From a virus (Duplodnaviria; Caudoviricetes), in the IMG/VR virus record IMGVR_UViG_3300033141_003854, positions 52 to 64,051 of that record: DNA of 64,000 bases, one strand, 5' to 3'. A program made the translations under genes and the position numbers. Shown in pieces: positions 48,257-57,609 of this stretch; positions within the stretch are counted from its first letter, which is position 1; each line of letters begins with the position of its first letter. The notes beneath the pieces were generated by a model that did not search any database, had not been told where the DNA came from, and saw nothing but the letters and a program-made list of their open reading frames with translations.

Positions 48257-49317
48257 CTAAATACCTTTTCATCCCATTGTTTTAGAATTCTCTTTGGACT
48301 AAATCTTTCTATTGCTTTCCGCTGAACTTCGGCCATATCTACGCCCCGACCAATTGTATCAACAACATTATTAATAAATGCTCGATGATTGTGGGAATTA
48401 TTCATATCGACTGCGATTAACGTTCCCATATTGGTTGTGGATAATGCGCCGTTAGCCGTTGTGATAGGATATGCACCAGTTACCTGCGCCTCAGCACAAG
48501 AAATGCAAAAGAGTTCATCGTATATGCAGGGATAGATAAACCACTCGGCTTCAAGTTCTTTTTCAATGAATTCTGCTCTAGAAATTGCGCCCATAAACTC
48601 TACATCATCATACTTCATCCAACTAAGGACATGACGCTCGTTCAGCCTGGATGAACCCCAAAGGCGATAATCAGATGTAATGGTGAGAGATAAATCAGGG
48701 ATTTTCCGCTTCAATGCAAACCACATAGCGTGCAAATATTGAAGCCCTCTATCTGGAACTGACGAAAACAGCACCCGATTTTTAATTTTGCTGATCTTTT
48801 TGTCTTTGTAATCATCAACTCTCACGGGAAGATCAATAACAATTACATTATCAATTTTATATGTCTGTTTAAAATAATTGCGATGAAATTCTGAAATACA
48901 AACTATTTTGTCAACATAAGAACTGAATTTAGCAAAATCTCCAATAGTATATTGATCGGTAGACCACCATACTTTCAATCCCTTAGCCACAATTGCTTTT
49001 GAATTGGGGGAGCGGAATACAATTAAAACATCTCTTTTATCTTTAGGATCAAATTGGCTGATTAGTCTTTGTTCAAAAGGACTGACATCTGAGGGAACTG
49101 GAGACAGAAGATTATATAAAATAACTTCATGTCCTGCCAAATGCCATTGTTCACACATAGTCAGCAGAGCCAATTCAGCACCGCCAACCCCAATTCTATT
49201 GGCATCTCCCCAAATTGTCTTAGATGTAACCCCAATCGGACTACCATCATTACAGAGAATATGAATATTTAATCCCATAATCATCCTCAACTTTCTATCT
49301 TCATTTGAAATTTCCAA
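48253..49317 (-). CDS. Glycosyltransferase family 4-like (GT-B)
   Basis: GVGGAE, SSVPDRGL, ELFCISCAEAQ. Confidence 0.9.
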   Translation of the reverse strand: MEISNEDRKLRMIMGLNIHILCNDGSPIGVTSKTIWGDANRIGVGGAELALLTMCEQWHLAGHEVILYNLLSPVPSDVSPFEQRLISQFDPKDKRDVLIVFRSPNSKAIVAKGLKVWWSTDQYTIGDFAKFSSYVDKIVCISEFHRNYFKQTYKIDNVIVIDLPVRVDDYKDKKISKIKNRVLFSSVPDRGLQYLHAMWFALKRKIPDLSLTITSDYRLWGSSRLNERHVLSWMKYDDVEFMGAISRAEFIEKELEAEWFIYPCIYDELFCISCAEAQVTGAYPITTANGALSTTNMGTLIAVDMNNSHNHRAFINNVVDTIGRGVDMAEVQRKAIERFSPKRILKQWDEKVFR

Positions 49318-49513
49318 TCATCAGCCTGCCATCAATAATAACCGTATCAGGCGTCTCTGGTTTCTGAATTGGATATGTCCAGATTACTAGTTCGTCTTTA
49401 TATTCTGGAAACTTGGTTCTCATGTCTGCCAATGCGTCGGCTTCAGTCTTTCCCGTTCCAACTATTGCTTTATTTCTAAAGCGGTCAAATTTACAAATTC
49501 TGAAGAATTTCAT
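49301..49513 (-). CDS. Hypothetical protein
   Basis: MKFFRICK... coupled between island genes. Confidence 0.55.
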   Translation of the reverse strand: MKFFRICKFDRFRNKAIVGTGKTEADALADMRTKFPEYKDELVIWTYPIQKPETPDTVIIDGRLMIGNFK

Positions 49514-50183
49514 CACTTTCTTCCTTTTCACATAAAATCCAATATTCGATAGGAAATGTATCCTTTGGAATGTACGGTTTACCATGAACTTTCATATTCT
49601 GTTCAATGTAAACATCCAAAAATATATCATCTGTACTTAGAAGTTCGCTCTCCTTTATAACTTTCCAGCCCGCTATTTCCAATAACCAAAGTAATTGTTC
49701 TTTTGCCATTACAGAATAATGATTTCTGCCTCTATATGTCCAATAATCAGGCGCAGGCGCAATTATTGCAAGATATTTTGCTGACACTCTATGCCATTCC
49801 ATCAACGTTATTACAGGCATAGGTGAATGTTCTAACGCATGACGAGCAAAAACCAAATCGAATTCGCCAGATCGAATTCCATGCATGAAAGTGAAATCAC
49901 CATAAAAGACATCTCCATAATTCATAGATGCTTCTTCACAATCCTCCCAACTCATGGAGATTCCTCGCCATTTTATCCCTAACTTTTTGAACATAGGAGC
50001 GCAAAATCCGCTTCCACAACCTACATCAAGAACATTCCAAATGTCAGGTATTTTCTTTAATAGAAAATTTATGGCATTAGAAGCCCATATAACATGACCT
50101 TCATCTGCTGGTTGGCTATACACATCATCTTCTAGCCTACACAGGTACTCATCTATCCAACTATAGTCTCTGTACATTTTCAT
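49491..50183 (-). CDS. Class I SAM-dependent methyltransferase
   Basis: VLDVGCGSG, FDLVFARHALEH. Confidence 0.9.
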   Translation of the reverse strand: MKMYRDYSWIDEYLCRLEDDVYSQPADEGHVIWASNAINFLLKKIPDIWNVLDVGCGSGFCAPMFKKLGIKWRGISMSWEDCEEASMNYGDVFYGDFTFMHGIRSGEFDLVFARHALEHSPMPVITLMEWHRVSAKYLAIIAPAPDYWTYRGRNHYSVMAKEQLLWLLEIAGWKVIKESELLSTDDIFLDVYIEQNMKVHGKPYIPKDTFPIEYWILCEKEESDEILQNL

Positions 50184-50340
50184 TCAGCCCATCTACTTTT
50201 TTCTTAATCTCTTCTTCATTTTCTGATGCAATACCAACCTGCTCAATGCTGATCAGTTTGGGCTGTTCAATTCTGCGAAATACCGTATATTTTCCATCTA
50301 AAGTTTTTAGATAATAATATGTAATTGTCTCTTTCGCCAT
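50161..50340 (-). CDS. Hypothetical protein
   Basis: GGAG RBS before MAKETIT. Confidence 0.5.
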   Translation of the reverse strand: MAKETITYYYLKTLDGKYTVFRRIEQPKLISIEQVGIASENEEEIKKKVDGLNENVQRL

Positions 50341-50341
50341 C

Positions 50342-50701
50342 TTACTGTACTCCGTTAGCGTGCCTCCCAAATTGAGCATGAGACAGACACACAATTAGTT
50401 CGCCAGGAACAAACTCGCTGGAAGGAGAAGCATCTTGACGGTATGCGTTATAGCCTACAATGCCCGCCGGGCTTCCACACGAACACATTGGCGTCCATCT
50501 ACCTATCGTTTGTTTCTTTGCTTCTGGATCATCATAAATAAAATGAGTATCATAGGGAGCGCATTTGACAAAACGTCCAAGTTCAGTAAAGAAAATCTTA
50601 TCCTGTCTGGTTACTTTATGCCCATCCATTGTAACTGCTTCATTGGGCGAGTTATAATGCTTTATGATTGCAAATGTAAAGTTTTTGAAATCTTTAGTCA
50701 T
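50342..50701 (-). CDS. Hypothetical protein with Cys/His motif
   Basis: CSCG...VCLSH...H; AGGAG RBS. Confidence 0.7.
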   Translation of the reverse strand: MTKDFKNFTFAIIKHYNSPNEAVTMDGHKVTRQDKIFFTELGRFVKCAPYDTHFIYDDPEAKKQTIGRWTPMCSCGSPAGIVGYNAYRQDASPSSEFVPGELIVCLSHAQFGRHANGVQ

Positions 50702-51474
50702 TTTTCTCCTTCATAATTGGCTCGATCAATTAATCTGGCTTGTAATTCATTTTCATAAACACGACTTCTACCCACACGAATTTTAGGGCGTTTATGCCAT
50801 TGATGATAAGTACATACATCCTTCACGGTTGTTGCAGTTCTGTGGAGAACCTGCTCGCGCAAATATATATCTTGGTCTGCGGTATATTGGGTATCATCTT
50901 CCCTAAATAACCCCAACCATTCCCAATCACATCTACGTTGTCCAGTTAAGTATGTAGTAATATTTGCTTCCCAGTGAATCTTCAATCCTCGATTGTCAAT
51001 ATCCGGCCAATAACGATATTTCCAAAATCCCGGCAAACTTTCAATTGCTCTAGGATTAGATTTCCAATCTATAAAATGTAACATCCAAGTATTTAATCGA
51101 GATAAAAATAGATTTTGAACACTAACTCTTCGTCCAACATAACTATTAATCATGTGTTGTATCATATATTCACTAGACAAAATCAAATCCGCCCCAGTAA
51201 ATATTACAAACTCTCCCTGAGATTGACAATAGCCAAAATTCCAGGCTGTTGCAGGAGTACGATCTGACGAACTGGAAATTTTGTGATAATGCAAATTTTT
51301 AATTTTTTTATTCCAATTCCAAACTGCGACTCGCAAATCCTCTTCGCTATTATCATCAACAATAATTAATTCGTAATCAGGATATATTTGAATTGACCAA
51401 GAATACAAGGCTCTATTCAAAAAGGATTTACGATTTTTTACGGCTAAAATAACACTAACTGAATAATTTTTCAT
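50698..51474 (-). CDS. Glycosyltransferase family 2
   Basis: SVILAV, IIVDDNS, WNFG, TGAD, HQWH. Confidence 0.9.
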   Translation of the reverse strand: MKNYSVSVILAVKNRKSFLNRALYSWSIQIYPDYELIIVDDNSEEDLRVAVWNWNKKIKNLHYHKISSSSDRTPATAWNFGYCQSQGEFVIFTGADLILSSEYMIQHMINSYVGRRVSVQNLFLSRLNTWMLHFIDWKSNPRAIESLPGFWKYRYWPDIDNRGLKIHWEANITTYLTGQRRCDWEWLGLFREDDTQYTADQDIYLREQVLHRTATTVKDVCTYHQWHKRPKIRVGRSRVYENELQARLIDRANYEGEK

Positions 51475-51495
51475 CGCTTTTCTTTCTATTATAAA

Positions 51496-51789
51496 CTATG
51501 ACACTAAATCATATGCCAAATCAAATTCAAACCAGCCACATTCATCACAATCTTTTATTACATAAAAATTGCCAGTAGTTCCACAACAAGTATCGCGTTC
51601 CCAAAAAGATATTTTGGGATAGTCTTTTAATCTAATGTTGGCCGTAGCTCCACATTTTCGACAAATCACGGGCAACGAATCTGTCCAAAAATCTTTCTTG
51701 TCTAATAAAAACCGAGACAGTTTTCCTAGCCTATTATCAAATCTTTTTTTATGTTTTAATAATTTATAGAACTCATTTCTTGTAACCAT
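51496..51789 (-). CDS. Zn-ribbon hypothetical protein
   Basis: CRKCG...CDECGW; GGAG RBS. Confidence 0.65.
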   Translation of the reverse strand: MVTRNEFYKLLKHKKRFDNRLGKLSRFLLDKKDFWTDSLPVICRKCGATANIRLKDYPKISFWERDTCCGTTGNFYVIKDCDECGWFEFDLAYDLVS

Positions 51790-51835
51790 TTTTATCTCCC
51801 AATGATTGCGAACGTAAAGTTTTTGAAGTCTTTGC

Positions 51836-52750
51836 TCATAGTAGTTTCACCGTCTCCAATATCTGCTGGATACGTGCGTTCCATGTATGCGGCTTTACTT
51901 TTCTGTAACCAGCGTCCGCCATTTCATTTGCAAACTCTGGGTTATTCAGTAAAAATTCTACCTGGTTTATTGCTTCCTGTACATTATCAAAGCCCAAATA
52001 ATGCTCGCCTTCAACAAAGAAAGTAGGCAAATCCGGTACACGATTAGTAACCAAGGGCAATCCCATACCAAAGGCTTCCCATACTCTAGCCGGTAAATCT
52101 TGCAAGCTAGACCAAGATAAAGCAATTTTTGATTGACCATAAGTTTTTCGATATTCATCATATACTACACCAAGATCATAGTATACATTCAAGCCCTTCG
52201 CTCTCAGGGCACGTATCAACCGATTTCTTTGGTCATATTTTAATCCAATCATGCAGGCATCATAAATCTTTTCTCTGTTTTCAGGATAATGATACCGCCG
52301 GCTGTAAGCATAAGGCAAATAAAAATCATTTTTCTCCATATATGGAGTTTGCATTGTAAAAGAATAGTCCACATATTTTCTAAATGGCTTATACCACATA
52401 CCTAAAACATGAGGATCAGTTTTGACATGCGCTATAATGCGACCAGGAGGTCTTGAATTGAAATGAAAACCAGCATCTATTACTAAAGATAAATCTGGCG
52501 TCCAAGGTATTTGATTTTCAACAATTCCCGGAGGCATCTCTTTATTTACCATCTCAGCAGGCAAAGGAAAATCTGGCGTCTTTACATATTTCTGTGGTAT
52601 TGTCATGCCACCATTCCAAGGTATCCAATTCCCTGTAAACGGCCCACAAGTCCAAAGCTCAACATCATCTCGGTCTTCTAAGGCTTCCCAAAAATATCTC
52701 AGCATTGCCAAGGGATAAAAAATTCCAAAAACAGCAACTTTTATTGCCAT
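51836..52750 (-). CDS. CgeB-like / Glyco_trans_1_2 glycosyltransferase
   Basis: YLPYAY, DLPARVWEA, HTWNARI. Confidence 0.88.
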   Translation of the reverse strand: MAIKVAVFGIFYPLAMLRYFWEALEDRDDVELWTCGPFTGNWIPWNGGMTIPQKYVKTPDFPLPAEMVNKEMPPGIVENQIPWTPDLSLVIDAGFHFNSRPPGRIIAHVKTDPHVLGMWYKPFRKYVDYSFTMQTPYMEKNDFYLPYAYSRRYHYPENREKIYDACMIGLKYDQRNRLIRALRAKGLNVYYDLGVVYDEYRKTYGQSKIALSWSSLQDLPARVWEAFGMGLPLVTNRVPDLPTFFVEGEHYLGFDNVQEAINQVEFLLNNPEFANEMADAGYRKVKPHTWNARIQQILETVKLL

Positions 52751-53958
52751 TACGTTCCCTTCTGTTTTATAAATTTGTGTATAACATCTAGCATATAAGA
52801 CAGATCATCCGGAAAAATTCCTGGCCAACAACCAACCCAGAAAGCGTTTTCCATCAGATAATCACTTCCTTTTGTGTTGCTAAAAATTTCATGATAGAAA
52901 GTTGACGCTACTGGCTGGCGTGTAATGTTTCCAGCAAAAATTTCTCTGGTGGCAATTCCCTTCGCCTCAAGATATGTAACAAATTCCTGCTTTGTAAACT
53001 TACTGGACTTGACTATGATGGGAAAGCCAAAGGGATAAACTGCATCATCACGTTTAATTATCTGAATGTGATCTGAAAACTGAGATAAACTTTCGTATAA
53101 GGCATCATAATTATTTGCTCTGCGATGTAATAAATTATCAATTTTATTCATTTGTGCAGAACCAATTGCGGCTTGCATATCAGTCATTTTCAAATTATAC
53201 CCTAATCGGGTAAATGTATATTTATGATCCCAACCTTTGGGTAAATCAGGCCACTTCCAATCAAATCTTTTACCACAAGTATTGTCTTGGCCAGGCAAAC
53301 ACCAACAATCCCGCCCCCAATCCCGATAACTATTTATAATCTTTAATAATTTTCCATCATTTGTAAGAACTGCCCCACCTTCTCCTGTGGTTATGAAATG
53401 TGCAGGAAAGAAGCTGAGAGTAGAAATATGACCAAGTGTGCCTAATTTCTGCCCGTTTATTTTACTACCAAAGGCATCAGCACAATCCTCAATAAAGAAT
53501 TTCCCTAAACGGTCACATTCTTCCCTTACTGCTTCAGCATCAAAAGGAAATCCTAAAGTATGAGCTTGAATAATTCCGGCCACTTCTTCCTGGCGTAATA
53601 CAGTAATGATTGTATCAATGTCAGGATTTAGTGTGGACGGATCATTATCTATAAACAATGGAACATAACCATATTGAACAAGTGGAGCAATGGTGGTTGG
53701 AAAGCAGGTTGCAGACGTAACTACCATGTGACCGTTGCGATATTTCTCAGCTATAGCTGCAATTGCCAATAAATTTGCGGATGAACCAGAATTGCACAAA
53801 CTTACATGACGAACTCCAAAGAAATTTTTTAGCTTTATTGCAAATGATTTGCAATATCTGCCTTCCGTGAACCATCTACCATTAGCGACATCTACCAAAT
53901 TTCTAACTTCGTCACCGTCAATAACTGCGCCAGAGGCAGGAATAAATTTTCTAACCAT
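52750..53958 (-). CDS. rfbH: NDP-4-keto-6-deoxyglucose 3-dehydrase (E1/DdhC type)
   Basis: NSGSSANL, SFFPAH (His in place of the aminotransferase Lys), WGRDCWC..DNTC...DHKY 2Fe-2S ligands. Confidence 0.93.
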   Translation of the reverse strand: MVRKFIPASGAVIDGDEVRNLVDVANGRWFTEGRYCKSFAIKLKNFFGVRHVSLCNSGSSANLLAIAAIAEKYRNGHMVVTSATCFPTTIAPLVQYGYVPLFIDNDPSTLNPDIDTIITVLRQEEVAGIIQAHTLGFPFDAEAVREECDRLGKFFIEDCADAFGSKINGQKLGTLGHISTLSFFPAHFITTGEGGAVLTNDGKLLKIINSYRDWGRDCWCLPGQDNTCGKRFDWKWPDLPKGWDHKYTFTRLGYNLKMTDMQAAIGSAQMNKIDNLLHRRANNYDALYESLSQFSDHIQIIKRDDAVYPFGFPIIVKSSKFTKQEFVTYLEAKGIATREIFAGNITRQPVASTFYHEIFSNTKGSDYLMENAFWVGCWPGIFPDDLSYMLDVIHKFIKQKGT

Positions 53959-54136
53959 TTATCCTCTCAATTTCATTACTGTCAGCAGCAATTTCAAAAT
54001 AAATAGTTTTGTAATAAGGAAAATACGAACCACATAACGCACAGTAAGGATTATACTCCTCGTTCAATAAACCACAGAAACTACATTGCCATACAATAAC
54101 GGTTGCTTTATTTATCATCTTCAAATGCCTGCTCAA
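53951..54136 (-). CDS. Small Zn-ribbon protein
   Basis: WQCSFCG...CALCG. Confidence 0.55.
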   Translation of the reverse strand: MSRHLKMINKATVIVWQCSFCGLLNEEYNPYCALCGSYFPYYKTIYFEIAADSNEIERING

Positions 54137-55028
54137 CTAATTTTTGCTTATACCATTCTGGTAATCCAGTCTTAATACCTCGCGATATTTGAGGCCAGAA
54201 ATGCGCAAAGAGTATATCTTTTATTTCATCTTCACATTCTTCACGAGTATCCTTTATGACCTCTTTAATAAGATTACCAATATCACGTGGCGATTGTTCT
54301 AATTCTCCTCGCTCCCGCAAATGTTGAACTGCTTTTTCCCAACGAGCATTAGTTCGATAGCGACTAACTATAGTCTGTAAAACATCTTTCTTAGATGGAT
54401 TAGATTTTTTCCATTCATTAGCATGAGTTTCCTTAAATTTTTCCGAAACATACTTCCCAATAGCTATCTTCTTATCTCTGGTAAATAGTTTGTAATTTTT
54501 AACCACTACTCCTTCAATCATTGAGCCACCAAGTAACGGCTTTGATTTCTCCAACAATTCATTGAAACTATTAATATTATCTACAATACCACAATAAAGC
54601 ATGGGCACACATTCAAGCCCAAGTCGTTCAGCTTCAATCTTCTTATCTGAATAATTCATGTATTCTTCAATGCCAATCATTACGTCAAATAATATCAAAT
54701 TATGTTTAGGAACACGCTCATACGCCAAAGAGTTATGTTTAGGTTTCCGAAGATACTCACACCGATAAACATAACCAGGGGTTAACGAGGGCTTCAATTT
54801 TTGAGCCGCTTCAACAGCCTCAATAAACATTTTTTCTGGAGCATTAATAACAATTTGTTTGCCCTTACTACGACAACATAATTCACCATCAATAATTGCC
54901 ATACTAAATTGGCTGCCATCTATTTTTTCTTCAACAATTACTTCATCATCAAAGATGCCAGCTATTGCTTTATGTCCAATTGCATATACCTTTGGATAGC
55001 TATTTATTCTGCTCATTTTCATCACCAA
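54108..55028 (-). CDS. ATP-dependent RNA ligase (Rnl2-like)
   Basis: Motif I EKIDGS, III CEY, IIIa LFDV, IV EGVVVK, V KYVS, helical C-terminal domain. Confidence 0.85.
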   Translation of the reverse strand: MVMKMSRINSYPKVYAIGHKAIAGIFDDEVIVEEKIDGSQFSMAIIDGELCCRSKGKQIVINAPEKMFIEAVEAAQKLKPSLTPGYVYRCEYLRKPKHNSLAYERVPKHNLILFDVMIGIEEYMNYSDKKIEAERLGLECVPMLYCGIVDNINSFNELLEKSKPLLGGSMIEGVVVKNYKLFTRDKKIAIGKYVSEKFKETHANEWKKSNPSKKDVLQTIVSRYRTNARWEKAVQHLRERGELEQSPRDIGNLIKEVIKDTREECEDEIKDILFAHFWPQISRGIKTGLPEWYKQKLVEQAFEDDK

Positions 55029-55731
55029 AAACCTTAGCCCATTTTTTATGCCATTTTCTCAGCCATTCTTTTCTGTTTCGTTCTGTGCGTTTACGTCTTT
55101 TCTCATCATAAGTATAAGACATTGCGCCCATGTGTTCAACCTTTCTGCCAGGCAAAGCACGTAGTTTAATGCCAAGATAATGCGCCATTGTAGATAAGTC
55201 TACATCTTCATAGTCACTAGGCTCATACAATATATCAAAACCACCCAAAGTGTTCCAGACTTTGCTGGTACAAGCTAACAGCCAGCCTTCGCAATAAGAC
55301 ACAATAGCTGGTTTACCTTTATAAGTTATTTCATTCCAGCCCGCCTTCCAGTCTATGATGCATCCACCAATCAGCACATTTTCATTGTCAGAGATTATCT
55401 GTTTTATGTCAGATATAAAGTCGCCATAAATAATTACATCATTGGAAAGAAACACCAAAATATCGGCATTGTATTTCATCGCAATTTTTGCGCCTAAATT
55501 CATTGAGCCGATAAAACCTTTATTCTCCTTGTTTCTTTTATACCTGATCTTGTGATGGTTGATCTGTTTTTGCCAAAAGGCTACGCCAGTTTCACAGTCT
55601 GAATCAGGAGATGCATCATTGATTAAGATAATTTCAAGCTCATGATTGCGGCAATGAGTATATAATTCCCATAACCGTTTATGGGTCAAGTCCCAATGAT
55701 TATAATAAGGCAGTATTACAGCAGTTTTCAT
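55000..55731 (-). CDS. Glycosyltransferase family 2
   Basis: VILPYYN, INDASPD, NKGFIGSMNLG, FLSND, YEDVD. Confidence 0.92.
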   Translation of the reverse strand: MKTAVILPYYNHWDLTHKRLWELYTHCRNHELEIILINDASPDSDCETGVAFWQKQINHHKIRYKRNKENKGFIGSMNLGAKIAMKYNADILVFLSNDVIIYGDFISDIKQIISDNENVLIGGCIIDWKAGWNEITYKGKPAIVSYCEGWLLACTSKVWNTLGGFDILYEPSDYEDVDLSTMAHYLGIKLRALPGRKVEHMGAMSYTYDEKRRKRTERNRKEWLRKWHKKWAKVFGDENEQNK

Positions 55732-55734
55732 TGC

Positions 55735-56586
55735 TTATTCAGGAAGATCAACACTTGCGTCTACCCTTCGCTTCAAGTCTTTTAAACCATCAAATACAGA
55801 ATAGACCGGAATACCCAAACTCTGAGCATATTCAGTCCTCAATCCTGCTCTTAATGGTCTGACTGCTTTGCCAGGAATGGCTATCGTTGGAATTACTAAT
55901 GTGGGATCAAAGCCAAACATATTTGCAATAGATAAAGCAAACTCGTATCGAGTAAGAACTCCTTTACCTGCGATGTGAATAATCGGAGTGTAGAACCCAT
56001 CATCCATCATTTTTGCTAGTTTTAATAATCCATCCACTAAATGTGGAATATAGGTAGGCGTTCCGCTAATTCTCTTGGTTACTTTCACTTCTGTGCCTTC
56101 ATCAAGCTGGCGAAGTAATTTAGTTACAAAATTGGGTGTTTTCTCATCATAAAGAACGGTTGTACGCACAATTATACTCTTGTTATAATCCAAACGATTT
56201 TTCTCTAAGTCAATTAGTAAATCTTCCCCCATAGACTTTGATTTTCCATAGACGCCTAAAGGATTCTTTGCAGCATTTTCTTTGTACGGCCCGGATACCC
56301 CATCAAACACATAATCTGTACTGATATGAATCATTCTCCCAGAAAATTCATAATTTAAGAGGGCCAAACCACTAATATTTACTGATGATACCTTACTGAT
56401 ATTGGAATTAATCTCAGCCAAATCTACATCTGTATATGCTGCACAATTAATTATAAGATCAAGGTTAAGGCTATCTAATTCATATCCCAGGCCACTACTA
56501 AGAATGTTGGATTTAATGGGGATACAGCCTCGTCTGACCAGTTCAGAACCTAATCTTCCATTTGGGCCGGTTACACCAATTCTCAT
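55735..56586 (-). CDS. rmlD: RmlD-like NDP-sugar 4-ketoreductase
   Basis: TGPNGRLG, NCAAYTDVD, ISTDYVFDG, YGKSK. Confidence 0.92.
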   Translation of the reverse strand: MRIGVTGPNGRLGSELVRRGCIPIKSNILSSGLGYELDSLNLDLIINCAAYTDVDLAEINSNISKVSSVNISGLALLNYEFSGRMIHISTDYVFDGVSGPYKENAAKNPLGVYGKSKSMGEDLLIDLEKNRLDYNKSIIVRTTVLYDEKTPNFVTKLLRQLDEGTEVKVTKRISGTPTYIPHLVDGLLKLAKMMDDGFYTPIIHIAGKGVLTRYEFALSIANMFGFDPTLVIPTIAIPGKAVRPLRAGLRTEYAQSLGIPVYSVFDGLKDLKRRVDASVDLPE

Positions 56587-56783
56587 GTTTTCCTCATCTC
56601 TTTCAATTCATTTAGTAATCCAATAGCATAATTACGATCAATGGTTGCCACTAGCTCATAATCACTATGTTTGACTTTGATATGCATATATTCACTGCCA
56701 GTCTGTAAAAACCATTCCAATATCTTTTCTGGATTTTTGGGATACCAGGTTTCAAAAATCTCAGCAGTTATTTCCTGCGTCAT
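56583..56783 (-). CDS. Hypothetical protein
   Basis: Coupled between the two reductases. Confidence 0.5.
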   Translation of the reverse strand: MTQEITAEIFETWYPKNPEKILEWFLQTGSEYMHIKVKHSDYELVATIDRNYAIGLLNELKEMRKT

Positions 56784-57603
56784 ATTCAGCCTTCAGCAAT
56801 TCTATTCCATCTTTGTAGGAATACAGAGGAAAACCCATTTTCCTGGCTAATTTAGTTACTAGCCCGCCAGAATATGGCCTTGGCGTAAGATCACTAAGTT
56901 TATATAGTCTTGGCACAACTTTGGATGCATCAATGTCTAATTCAATGCAAATATCTTGCCAGAACCGGTAGTGAGAAACTGTTTCAGTACCAGCAATGTT
57001 TATAATATCATAAGGAAAGGTGCTTATGATGCTCAGTAAATAAAGTAATGCTTCAGAAAAATGCCGGGCGTGCAGATATGATCTTTTGATTACATCACTT
57101 ATTACCACAACACCTTTACTTTGAATTCTGTTCAAGGTTGGTTTAATAGTATCCAAAGTAAAAACTTTGCTAGATCGCACAACTACTGTTCTGCCAGGCC
57201 ACATTGTTGCTATGGTTTCCCCCATATACTTTGAATTGCCATAAGCATTTATGGGGCGTGCTCTGGATGATTCTTTGTATGGGCCTCTACCCCCGCTGAA
57301 TACATGATCGCTGGAAACATAAATAAAGAATTTACCATTTTCAGAAAACTTTTCAATCAGATTTCCCGTGCCTCGCACATTTATTTGAAACGCGTGTAAA
57401 GGGTCATCTTCACAGACATCCACATCGGTTTCAGCGGCTAGGTGTACCAACGTATCTATTTTCCCCAACTTAATCGTTTCAGGCTTAGTTATATCAAAAT
57501 CAAGAGGCACAACATCAAGACCGATCTCCAACGCAAGCTGAAGAAGCTCTTTTCCAATAGTTCCTCTATGTCCAGTTATTCCAATTTTCATTTTCATCTC
57601 CAT
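56761..57603 (-). CDS. rmlD: Second RmlD-like NDP-sugar reductase
   Basis: TGHRGTIG, HLAAETDVD, SSDHVF, YGNSK. Confidence 0.9.
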   Translation of the reverse strand: MEMKMKIGITGHRGTIGKELLQLALEIGLDVVPLDFDITKPETIKLGKIDTLVHLAAETDVDVCEDDPLHAFQINVRGTGNLIEKFSENGKFFIYVSSDHVFSGGRGPYKESSRARPINAYGNSKYMGETIATMWPGRTVVVRSSKVFTLDTIKPTLNRIQSKGVVVISDVIKRSYLHARHFSEALLYLLSIISTFPYDIINIAGTETVSHYRFWQDICIELDIDASKVVPRLYKLSDLTPRPYSGGLVTKLARKMGFPLYSYKDGIELLKAEYDAGNNC

Positions 57604-57609
57604 AAAAAT

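Noticed and set aside
44884-57603. DNA hypermodification (base glycosylation) cluster
   Set aside because: No hydroxymethylase, thymidylate-synthase homolog, TET/JBP or deazaguanine genes recognised, and the island sits in the virion operon; disfavoured rather than excluded
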